64,000 nucleotides of DNA, taken from the NCBI GenBank assembly GCA_963721455.1, contig CAVRJG010000054.1:160001-224000 (forward strand). The letters run 5' to 3'. Source of the DNA: an uncultured Methanosarcinaceae archaeon. Lineage in GTDB: Archaea > Halobacteriota > Methanosarcinia > Methanosarcinales > Methanosarcinaceae. The notes beneath the pieces are model-generated. The model saw only the letters and a list, made by a program, of their open reading frames with translations, had not been told where the DNA came from and ran no database searches. The translations under genes and the position numbers were made by a program. Positions 10,285 through 18,866 of the stretch are shown piece after piece (the first letter of the stretch is position 1; the number at the start of each line of letters is the position of its first letter).

Positions 10285-11079
10285 TCAGGCACCGGCATCA
10301 AGTACCGAAGTCTTTGTTTTCGCATAGCAGCTTTCCACAAGCTTCATGGTTCCTTCGAGGTCAGTAATCTCAAACTCAAAGAGTCTGGAAAATTCCCTGA
10401 CGCAGGCTTCGAAATCTTTCTCATAGGCAAGGCCTGTGTTTATCCTTGCAACTCTTTTGTATCCGGCATGATCAAAGACGAATTTCGACATGCTGATATC
10501 ATCCGGGTCCTGGTTCAAGCCTGCGGTCCTTATCATTTCCCTCCAGTTTACAGCCCACATCGGAGTCAGGAAAAAGGTGCCTACTCCCCTGCAGCTTTTC
10601 AGGGCTTTGAGGTACTGTCCCCTGCCTCCGAGCACGGCACCTATGCAGTCGTCCACGATTTCCCCGTCTTCTTCTTTGAGGATGCAGACCTTACAGTCCA
10701 GGGCTTTAAAATCCTCTTCAATTTTCCCGAGCACATTTCCGCAAAGCCCGTAAAAGAGCAGGATTCCGTCCGAGCGCGGAGCCATTGCCTCCACTTTTGA
10801 ATAAACCGTCCTTTTAAGGTTTTCAGGGATTGCATGCAGGGCAAGTTCAAGCATGTATATGTTCAGAGTGAGGCCTTTTTCTTCCTGCTTTTCCGGGATC
10901 TCTTCAAGCGGCAGGGCTGTGTATGGAATTCCTGCTTCTGCCATTTTTCTCGTGATGCCTACACAATCTTGGTTTTCCACTACAAGCACTTTTTCAATTT
11001 CAGGGTCGTTTTCAAGCAGGTGAATTATCTCGTCTTCGAACATCCTGCATCCGATAATACTAATTACTGGCATGCGCAA
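10285..11079 (-). CDS. DUF1638-domain protein
   Basis: GC..FEDE, LELALH..P..L, FYGLCGN, DDCIGAVLGG and FFLTPMW motifs. Confidence 0.8.
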   Translation of the reverse strand: MRMPVISIIGCRMFEDEIIHLLENDPEIEKVLVVENQDCVGITRKMAEAGIPYTALPLEEIPEKQEEKGLTLNIYMLELALHAIPENLKRTVYSKVEAMAPRSDGILLFYGLCGNVLGKIEEDFKALDCKVCILKEEDGEIVDDCIGAVLGGRGQYLKALKSCRGVGTFFLTPMWAVNWREMIRTAGLNQDPDDISMSKFVFDHAGYKRVARINTGLAYEKDFEACVREFSRLFEFEITDLEGTMKLVESCYAKTKTSVLDAGA

Positions 11080-11199
11080 TTCCTCCTATTTTTCCATGGA
11101 AGCTGAGGGGAGTCCCGGGTTCTCGTGCAATATTCAATTCATTTGATCTATTATTACAATATCCGATTTATTTTTTATATAATAAAACGTATTAAAATG

Positions 11200-11400
11200 T
11201 AAATATGTTCCCTTCCGTAGTGAACTACCCCTCCCTGCCTGATGGCGAGGAAGGGGCTTCCTACGAGTATTTACGTCATCTGAGGATTGGATTCTAAGAA
11301 TCTAATCGACATCGGTAAACCTGTTTGTCGTAGGTTCTCAGCGAATTGCTGAAAGCTTGTCCACAAAGCATTCTGTAATAGGAAATTATACATGATATTG
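11200..11400 (-). ncRNA. Putative TnpB omega/reRNA (3' end of tnpB, right end, and about 20-nt flanking guide UACGGAAGGGAACAUAUUUA)
   Basis: Inferred from established TnpB biology and the visible right-end hairpin; 5' boundary is approximate. Confidence 0.5.
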
Positions 11401-12698
11401 ATTGCACTATTTTGATCTCTATCAATATAATTTCCACAATTACATTCCATATTTCTTTTCCATAATGGCATCTCATGGAGTTTTCCACAGACATAACACA
11501 TTTTGGAAGTATAGCTTTCATCAATTTTTGTTACTCTTTTACCTATAAGTTCAGCTTTATAGGTCAAAAATTCGATGAAGCGGGATAGGTATCCCTGATT
11601 TTGAGTTACCTCTATTCATAGCTCTTTTCTTTTTACCTTTAAGTTTTTTGGATTGAGCCATATTCTTAACTGCAAGTTTTCCAATAATTATGGTATTAGC
11701 TTTAGTATTGTTAACCATTTTTTTGGAAAGTTTATGTTGGAAATCTTTAAGTTGATTAGATTTTTTCTTTTCCATTTTCCTGTAATTACTATGAAGCTGT
11801 AGCCATTTCCTACTTTTCTTTTTGCAATGATCCCTTCGGGATTTGATTTTATCCATTTTTGGTTGCCAGTACTTATCAGGTCTTGGAGTCATTACCTCAT
11901 GGATTTTTCCTTTAAGGTTGATACAGGTTACTATTTTTGTGATCCCTGCATCTATAGCCTGATAATTACCATTATCAACATATTCAGGAGTAGCTACTTC
12001 ATAAGTTACAGAAATATAGAAATTTCCTTTTGCATGATATGGATCATCATTATAGATTTCCACTTGCTTGATATTAGGAAATACTTTAGCAATTTCAAAA
12101 TAAAGAGGAATATCACTAACATTATGGGAAAAACTAATTCTTCCATTAGTGATTTTGAAACCACTTTGGTTATAAGGAATTGTTTTGAAAAAGTTTCTAC
12201 TTCGGAAATTCGGAGGTCTTGCAGTAACATCTCCATTTTTCCTTAGACCAAAAAAAGACTTATAATTAGCATCAAGTTTTTTGAGAACACCTTGTAGAGT
12301 TTTGGAATACACTATCTTGTATTCAGGATTCTTTTTCTTGAACTCTGAAAGTTTGTTCTGTTGATCTACATACTTGATGCTTTTTCTATCGTTTTTCCAT
12401 GCATCTTTTCTTTCAGCTAAGGCTAGATTATACAAAGAACAACATCTATCCGAAAGTTCCCAAAGGACTTTCAGTTGTTCTTCGGTTGGATATATCTTAA
12501 CCTTGGCTGTTAGACGCATATTAGTATATAAATACTTATTATAAATATAAATAGATTTTCTGAATTAAAAAACGTTAATAGTTTATAAGTTAATCAAAAT
12601 ATCTGCTACTGTGCGAGGCTTCGCTTTCATCTCCCACCTGTCGGGCTGATGCCCTCCGAGGAAGGGGACTTCCCGCTTGCGCCTCCGCACTCCCAAAG
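11220..12698 (-). mobile_element. Non-autonomous IS200/IS605-family element (IS1341-type, tnpB only)
   Basis: Right end on the minus strand reads GGAAGCCCCTTCCTCGCCATCAGGCAGGGAGGGGTAGTTCAC, ending at 11220. Left end carries the related hairpin GGAAGTCCCCTTCCTCG...CATCAG at about 12630-12675, preceded by TTTAA (12699-12703). No tnpA. Interior is AT-rich. Exact left boundary is inferred. Confidence 0.8.
11271..12519 (-). pseudogene. tnpB: TnpB RNA-guided endonuclease with a +1 frameshift near 11606
   Basis: HTH start (KVKIYPTEEQ...LYNLAL), RuvC-I AIDAG, Zn finger C..CG...C.CG, RuvC-III DRDQNSAINI. Removing one A from GGTAACTCAA joins the two ORFs as ...RGTQNQGYLSRFIEFLTYKAE... Confidence 0.9.
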
Positions 12699-12993
12699 TT
12701 AAAATATAGACTTCAATATAAGGTTATTTTGATATGCCTGCGTTAGTACTTTTTTCATTTTTATTCTATGGCCTGCTTTGTCGGTTCAAAAGGCCTGTGT
12801 TATCTGATCATGGTTTAACGGTTGTGGCTGCGGAATAATTTTCTTCAGATCAGGGCCTGGTAGTAACCTTTTTTGGTTCGGGTGCAAAAAATCTGACTTT
12901 ATTGAAAAATCAGTGAAAAACATCATAATTAGGAAATTTAATCAATTTTATAAAGGCGAAAATAGTACATGAAGGTTAAAATATGGTATCAAA

Positions 12994-13113
12994 CTAAGTA
13001 AATATTATTTTTGCAACAGAACCGATGAAAGTCGCCACTCCACCTATAGGGTCGACAATGACAAAGATAGATATGAATGTATAGATAAGAAACCCGAGGT
13101 TTTCGGCTATCAC
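12994..13113 (-). pseudogene. Truncated MarC-family gene remnant (39 codons)
   Basis: Manual translation from GTG gives MIAENLGFLIYTFISIFVIVDPIGGVATFIGSVAKIIFT*; 'F.SIFVIVDPIG...F' is the MarC N-terminal signature. GGAG lies upstream. Confidence 0.7.
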
Positions 13114-13399
13114 TTTATTTCTCCCGCCGTTTTTCCATGCATTTACTTATACATATAATTTATTCTGTAATAATATTTACCGATAGGTGGATAAACCATT
13201 GATCAAATCTGAAAAAGCGAGCACATCCCTGGGATATGGAAAAAATACAGAGATTCCTCTGCTTACAGTTTTCAGTAACTCAACCCTGCAAACTAGAGTT
13301 GACTTTTAAAAAGATAAAAATAAAGAAATAATATGTACCTACAGAGCACCAAAAATAGTCGGAAACAGAAAAGAATATCAAGAAGCCTTACGGCTTCTT

Positions 13400-16303
13400 T
13401 TACTCTTCTTTCTTCGCCTGCTCAATATAAATCGCAGGCCTCAGAGGTTCTGCAAACCTGGACTTCTTCTCAGGGTCGTAGGCAGGAGAATCGGCACTGT
13501 GGATCTCAACAGGGCAGCCGATTTCTTTTTCCAGGAAGGAAGCTGACTCTTGCAGGAGAACCTGCTCATCGAGGCCAGGACCGGCAAAGATTTCGTACCT
13601 GTCTGCCCCCCCGCTTTTGAACTCCGGAACAATCTTCTGCACGAACTTCGGGATATCCTTGCTGAAACGTTTCAGGTCAGGGTTTGCCATCAGCGTTTTA
13701 ATAAGGGTGCCTACATCGAGGGAAGCTTCGAGCTGCATTTCGCAGGCGCACTTAACGGCTGCGGCTTTCCAGGCAGGGGCTGTGTAGAGGTGAACCTTCT
13801 GCGGGGTCATCTTTGTTACCCTTATGATCTCCTCAACGTCTTCCAGGGTTCCCTTGACCATTTCTTCGGCAAGTTCTGCGCCATCGTCTATCAGGTCTTC
13901 ATTATAGAGCGGGTACTGAGCAAGGGAGATCTTGTCTTCGTGCCCCATAGCTTCCCAGATTTCCTCACAGAGGTGCGGGGTAAAGGGAGTCATAAGCCTG
14001 ACCCAGTTGTCCAGCACATAGTAGGGCAGGGACTCTCCGCCTCTTCTCTGATACCATTTGACATCGTTTATGAGCAGGAAGAAAGAATTCTGGATAGCTT
14101 CCCTGGTCTGGATAGCGTCAAGGGCAATATTAGTCTCCCTGATATGGTTCTGCATTCTCGAAAGCATCCAGCGGTCGATCTGCTTTAGCTCCGTGCTCAG
14201 GTTTGCACGTTTTCCACTCTCGATAACATCCTTTGCAAACGAGTAAAACCTGTCCACCTGCCGCCTGGCAGAATCAATTCCTGCTTTATGCCAGTCTGCG
14301 TCTTGAGTCTGTTCGGCTGTGGAAAGGATGTACAACCTTGTTATATCTGCACCATACTCGCTGACTGCGCTTTCAAGGGTCAGGATCGGGCCTTTGGACT
14401 TGCTCATCTTCTGTCCCTCAAGGGAGACAAAGCCGTTTACTGCAAGGGCTCTTGGCCAGTTTTCTTCCTCAAAAAGGGCTACATGGTGGAAGAGGAAGAA
14501 AAGCAGGTGGTTCGGGACAAGGTCCTTTCCGGAAGAACGCAGGTCAACCGGATACCAGTACATGAAATGACTGCGGATTTCCTCCAGAAGTCCCGCATCA
14601 AGGCCAGTATCCGCAGAAACTGCATTGGAATCACCTTTCCCTAGCAGGACATAGTCGAAGAATGACAGGGTAAGCTGCTCAAGAGCAAGGTCACCCTTTT
14701 CGATGAACCTGGCAATAATGTAATAGCTCATGTAAATTGTCGAATCCCCGAGGGACTCAATCAACCATTCCTTATCACAGGGAAGGCGGGTTCCAAGGCC
14801 TTTTCTGCGGGCGCAGGCTTTATCCTTAAGCCAGTCAACCTTATTCTCGAATTCGACCCTGTACTCTGCAGGGATAATCCGCATCTGGCTGAGGCATCTG
14901 TAAACCTTTGCTTTCCATTCAGGGTTTGAATAATTAAGGAACCACTGGCCTTTCACCATATTTACGACACATGGCGTGCCACAGCGGCAAACTATAGGCT
15001 CGCTGAATTCGTAGAAGTTCTCTCCTGCGTTTGAGCTAATGAAGTCCTTTGTGAGGATATCCTTAATCTTGGAGACAGCATGTCCTTCGTATTTTCCTGT
15101 AATCTCCTTAAGGACTCCTCCGTGGAACTCTCTCCTGTACACGATCTTTGTGGCTTCCTCTGCCCTGGGGTCTTTCTGGCTTGTTACCCCCATATTTTCC
15201 ACGATTTCTTTTGCAGGGAATTCCCCAAACTCAGGCACTTTTATAAGGGAAATAAGTTCGATTTTCCTGAGGTCTTCGGTTATCCCGTACTCGCTCAGAT
15301 CAGCGTCATAAAGGTCGCGGAGGGCCAGGTAGTCAAAGGGGGCATGTGCAGGCACGCTCATAACTATTCCGCTTCCGTTTTCAGGCCTGACAAAGGATGC
15401 AGGAAGGGAGATTACTTCGTCGTCTGTTACCGGGTTTGTGAGTTGGATCCCTATTATGGATTTTGCAGGTACATCCTCGATATACTCAACTGTCCGGTCC
15501 GTAAAAGTGAGTTTTCTGAAAGCTTCCTTGCTGACAACCCAGAACTCTTCGTTTCCGTCCTTTTCGACTCTTGCCTTTACGTAATCCACGTCCGGGTTGA
15601 CCCACAGGTTAGTTACTCCGTATGTCGTTTCCGGCCTGAGAGTGGCACAGGGGAGAACGAGGTCTTTATACCTGAACTTTATCAGCGTATATTCGATAAT
15701 CGTAGCTTCTTCCCCGTACAGGATGTCGTGGTCCTCCACAGGGTTATTGTCATTCGGACACCATTTTACCGGATGGGAGCCCTTCACGATCAGGCCCTTT
15801 TCTTCAAGCCGGATATACTGCCACTCAATGAACTTTTTGTAAGTTGGGTCAGTTGTCGTGAACTTGCGCCTCCAATCAATGGAGTACCCTATCATACGCA
15901 TGGCTTTCTCGGCTTCATGCTTGAAATAGTCAACAATTTTTTCAGGAGTATCGAGCGTTGGCAGGATATCCCCTGGAATCCCATGCAGCCGTTCATAGAC
16001 GTCCATTGTCTGGGGGTCCCGGCTTGCAATCAATTCGGCAAGCCCGACAATAGGCGTGCCTGTCACATGAAAGCCCATAGGGTAAAGCACGTTGTACCCG
16101 AGCATCCGCTTGTGCCTTGCCACAACATCGCCTATTGTAAAGGTCCGGGTATGTCCTGCATGCAGATTCCCGTTCAGGTAGGGGTAGGGGATCGTTATGA
16201 AAAACTTTTCCCGCTTATCGGGCTCAGCCTGGAAAATCCCGCTCTCAGTCCATTTTTTCTGCCATTTCGTTTCGATCTCGTGAGGCTTATAGTCCTGCTC
16301 CAT
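13400..16303 (-). CDS. leuS: Leucyl-tRNA synthetase (archaeal type)
   Basis: PYPYLNGNLHAGH (HIGH), ATLRPET, VMSVPAHAPFD editing domain, GKDLVPNHL and KMSKS. Confidence 0.97.
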   Translation of the reverse strand: MEQDYKPHEIETKWQKKWTESGIFQAEPDKREKFFITIPYPYLNGNLHAGHTRTFTIGDVVARHKRMLGYNVLYPMGFHVTGTPIVGLAELIASRDPQTMDVYERLHGIPGDILPTLDTPEKIVDYFKHEAEKAMRMIGYSIDWRRKFTTTDPTYKKFIEWQYIRLEEKGLIVKGSHPVKWCPNDNNPVEDHDILYGEEATIIEYTLIKFRYKDLVLPCATLRPETTYGVTNLWVNPDVDYVKARVEKDGNEEFWVVSKEAFRKLTFTDRTVEYIEDVPAKSIIGIQLTNPVTDDEVISLPASFVRPENGSGIVMSVPAHAPFDYLALRDLYDADLSEYGITEDLRKIELISLIKVPEFGEFPAKEIVENMGVTSQKDPRAEEATKIVYRREFHGGVLKEITGKYEGHAVSKIKDILTKDFISSNAGENFYEFSEPIVCRCGTPCVVNMVKGQWFLNYSNPEWKAKVYRCLSQMRIIPAEYRVEFENKVDWLKDKACARRKGLGTRLPCDKEWLIESLGDSTIYMSYYIIARFIEKGDLALEQLTLSFFDYVLLGKGDSNAVSADTGLDAGLLEEIRSHFMYWYPVDLRSSGKDLVPNHLLFFLFHHVALFEEENWPRALAVNGFVSLEGQKMSKSKGPILTLESAVSEYGADITRLYILSTAEQTQDADWHKAGIDSARRQVDRFYSFAKDVIESGKRANLSTELKQIDRWMLSRMQNHIRETNIALDAIQTREAIQNSFFLLINDVKWYQRRGGESLPYYVLDNWVRLMTPFTPHLCEEIWEAMGHEDKISLAQYPLYNEDLIDDGAELAEEMVKGTLEDVEEIIRVTKMTPQKVHLYTAPAWKAAAVKCACEMQLEASLDVGTLIKTLMANPDLKRFSKDIPKFVQKIVPEFKSGGADRYEIFAGPGLDEQVLLQESASFLEKEIGCPVEIHSADSPAYDPEKKSRFAEPLRPAIYIEQAKKEE

Positions 16304-16550
16304 TCATGTTCACGCCCATCGATTATTTTGATGTTAAAAGAATCTGAATACAATCGTAAGAATATGAATAATAACAGTAAACGGTTTCAGGAAACAAATA
16401 AGCTATCTCAAGAAACCTTAAACGATTGAAGGGTACCGGAACCGGATTATATCGACTTTTCAACGGTTTACGGTACCGGCACTAACTAAAATACTTATCT
16501 TTCGACCTATCTCTGTAATCGAATTTCTAATAAAATCTGTCTTTCAGGTT

Positions 16551-17768
16551 TTATTTCGCCTTTCCGAAGATAGCTTCCCGGATGGATTCTATATTGGCAT
16601 CCACAACAGTCGGTTCCTCGCAGATATCAATCACAGCCTGCGGGTCTTTAAGCAGGTGCCCTGTGGTGATGCAGACAACGGTTTCGTCCCTGCTTATAAT
16701 GCCCATATCAACAAGTTTCTTAAGCCCTGCGACCGAGGCTGCACTTGCAGGTTCGACACCTATGCCTTCAAGCCTGGCTAGATCCTTCTGGGCTGAAAGA
16801 ATTTCTTCGTCAGTGACAGATTCCGCAGTCCCTCCGGATTCCCGGATTGCGCTCAGGGCTTTTTTCGCGTTAACAGGGTTTCCGATCCTGATTGCTGTTG
16901 CAACTGTTTCAGGTTTCTCTTCAGGAGTGATCTCCGGAGCCCCGCTCTTTATGGCTTTTACGATGGGGCAGGAGCCTTCTGCCTGAATTCCGGTCATCTT
17001 AGGGAGAGAATCGGTTATGCCGAGTATCTTAAACTCCCTGAAACCCTTATAAATAGCAGTAATATTCCCTGCGTTTCCTACGGGCAGGACAATCCTGTCA
17101 GGCACCCTGAAGCCGAGCTGGTCTGCAATCTCAAAGCCGATAGTTTTCTGGCCTTCCAGCCTGTAAGGGTTGATCGAGTTCAGGAGATAGATCTTTTCCT
17201 GGGAGCAGAGCGTACGCACAAGGGTAAGTGCGTCGTCAAAATTTCCGCGGATGCTGAGAACTTTTGCGCCGTGCATCAGGGCCTGGGCAATTTTTCCCAG
17301 AGCTACTTTTCCTGCAGGCAGCAGCACGATCACAGGAATTCCGGCTTTTGCCCCATAGATTGCAAGGGCTGCAGAAGTGTTTCCTGTAGATGCACAGGCA
17401 ACGGTACTCATGCCCAGTTCGAGCGCTTTCGTGACCCCGACTGTCATCCCCCTGTCCTTAAAAGAACCTGTCGGGTTCATACCTTCGTGCTTCACATAGA
17501 GCTCTTTAATCCCTATTTTTTCAGCAAGGCGGTCGCATTTATAAAGGGGCGTCCCACCTTCCCTGATAGTTACAGGCTCCCTTTCTACAGGAAGAAGTTT
17601 TGCGTACTTCCAGACCGAGGGGCATTCGGTCTTCAGTTTTTCCATGTCAATTTTAATTGAGGAATAGTCATAAATAACATCAAGCAGCCCGTCACATTTG
17701 CTGCATGTATAGATTACTTCATCTTTGGAATACTCTGCACCGCACTCGATACATTTGAGATAATACAT
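16551..17768 (-). CDS. thrC: Threonine synthase
   Basis: N-terminal Zn ribbon, NPTGSFKDRG (PLP lysine), ASTGNTS, PVGNAGN and EPASA. Confidence 0.93.
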   Translation of the reverse strand: MYYLKCIECGAEYSKDEVIYTCSKCDGLLDVIYDYSSIKIDMEKLKTECPSVWKYAKLLPVEREPVTIREGGTPLYKCDRLAEKIGIKELYVKHEGMNPTGSFKDRGMTVGVTKALELGMSTVACASTGNTSAALAIYGAKAGIPVIVLLPAGKVALGKIAQALMHGAKVLSIRGNFDDALTLVRTLCSQEKIYLLNSINPYRLEGQKTIGFEIADQLGFRVPDRIVLPVGNAGNITAIYKGFREFKILGITDSLPKMTGIQAEGSCPIVKAIKSGAPEITPEEKPETVATAIRIGNPVNAKKALSAIRESGGTAESVTDEEILSAQKDLARLEGIGVEPASAASVAGLKKLVDMGIISRDETVVCITTGHLLKDPQAVIDICEEPTVVDANIESIREAIFGKAK

Positions 17769-18189
17769 TAAATGTCTCCTGTGTCTGATAATTTTGAATT
17801 ATTCGGATGCCGGGTTTCAAGCCACGCCCGTTTCAGGTTAGTAAAACCCGGACTTCCGTTCAGCATAATCTGGATTTCGGATTAGTATAATATTAGAGTT
17901 TAATAATATTTTGTATCCTTAACACTCTACTTACTTTTAAATTATACTGTTTTTTAAAATTGTACTATTTTCAGGCTTTATTCTTTATAATATTCCGTCA
18001 GCAGCGGTTATACAGTGCAAGCCCAGGATTTTCAGAAGGTTATGAAGTACTAAGGATATTACAACTGGTGACATTTTTTGGAAGCACTGACGCAGAGTTA
18101 AGACCGGAAGGGCAGAGGTAAAGGTACCAGGTTTTAAAAGATGACGAGAAGTTAAGGTATTTCTAAAGGTTCAGTTTTTCAGCCTGCTT

Positions 18190-18501
18190 TCAATCCAGCT
18201 GATATTCTGTGACTTCCTTGCTGAGGAAATAACCAAGAACTGTTCTTATCAACACGACCGTACCCAGCAGGAGCAGTTCTTCCTGAGAGGGATTCAGTAC
18301 GGTTTCCAGGACATCGGCTGCAATGAAAAACTCAAGCCCGAAGACAATCTTGTTTGTAAGCTCTTTTCTTACTTGCTGGTAGCTGTAATGTTTCTTCAAA
18401 ACTTCAATGAGGATAACCCCTGAAATTGACCTTAGTCCACCGTATATTATGAGGAGAGAGCCCACAATATTGAACAGAAGTGAGAACGCGTTGATAAACA
18501 A
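18190..18501 (-). CDS. DUF1622-family small membrane protein
   Basis: GLEFFIAADVLETV and IRTVLGYFL..E motifs; start uncertain. Confidence 0.8.
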   Translation of the reverse strand: MFINAFSLLFNIVGSLLIIYGGLRSISGVILIEVLKKHYSYQQVRKELTNKIVFGLEFFIAADVLETVLNPSQEELLLLGTVVLIRTVLGYFLSKEVTEYQLD

Positions 18502-18783
18502 GCCTTCAAAAAATTCGAATATCCTTTTACCACCCCCTTAAAAGCCAGACCGTGAAATCCGGAAAAAACTCCCGATTAGCATTTATTTCTTTGGAATATA
18601 TATTCTTCCTGTATTTACCCTTCAAATCCTATTCAGGAAATAAATTCGATGGAGATAAAACTTGTTTTTTGCGGAAACATAGTTATATAGCAGAGCTTTA
18701 AGAGAAAATAGGATATTAACTAAGTTAAACGAGCATAAAAAAGAAACTCGGAAGGAAAAGATTTAGTTTTGTCTCCTTCCGGG

Positions 18784-18827
18784 CCGAGTTAACTGATAAG
18801 GCTTACCGAGTTACCTGATCAGGCTTA
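18784..18827. repeat. 22-bp tandem duplication CCGAGTTA(A/C)CTGAT(A/C)AGGCTTA
   Basis: Seen directly. Confidence 0.85.
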
Positions 18828-18866
18828 GAGTGATCGTCTTCCGGACAGAATGTTTTTCCGAACGGT

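Noticed and set aside
12976-12996. Pyrrolysine read-through of the MarC remnant TAG
   Set aside because: Adds only five more codons (FDTIF) before TAA, with no further MarC similarity.
15080-16429. 449-aa plus-strand ORF
   Set aside because: Antisense shadow of leuS with no protein motifs.
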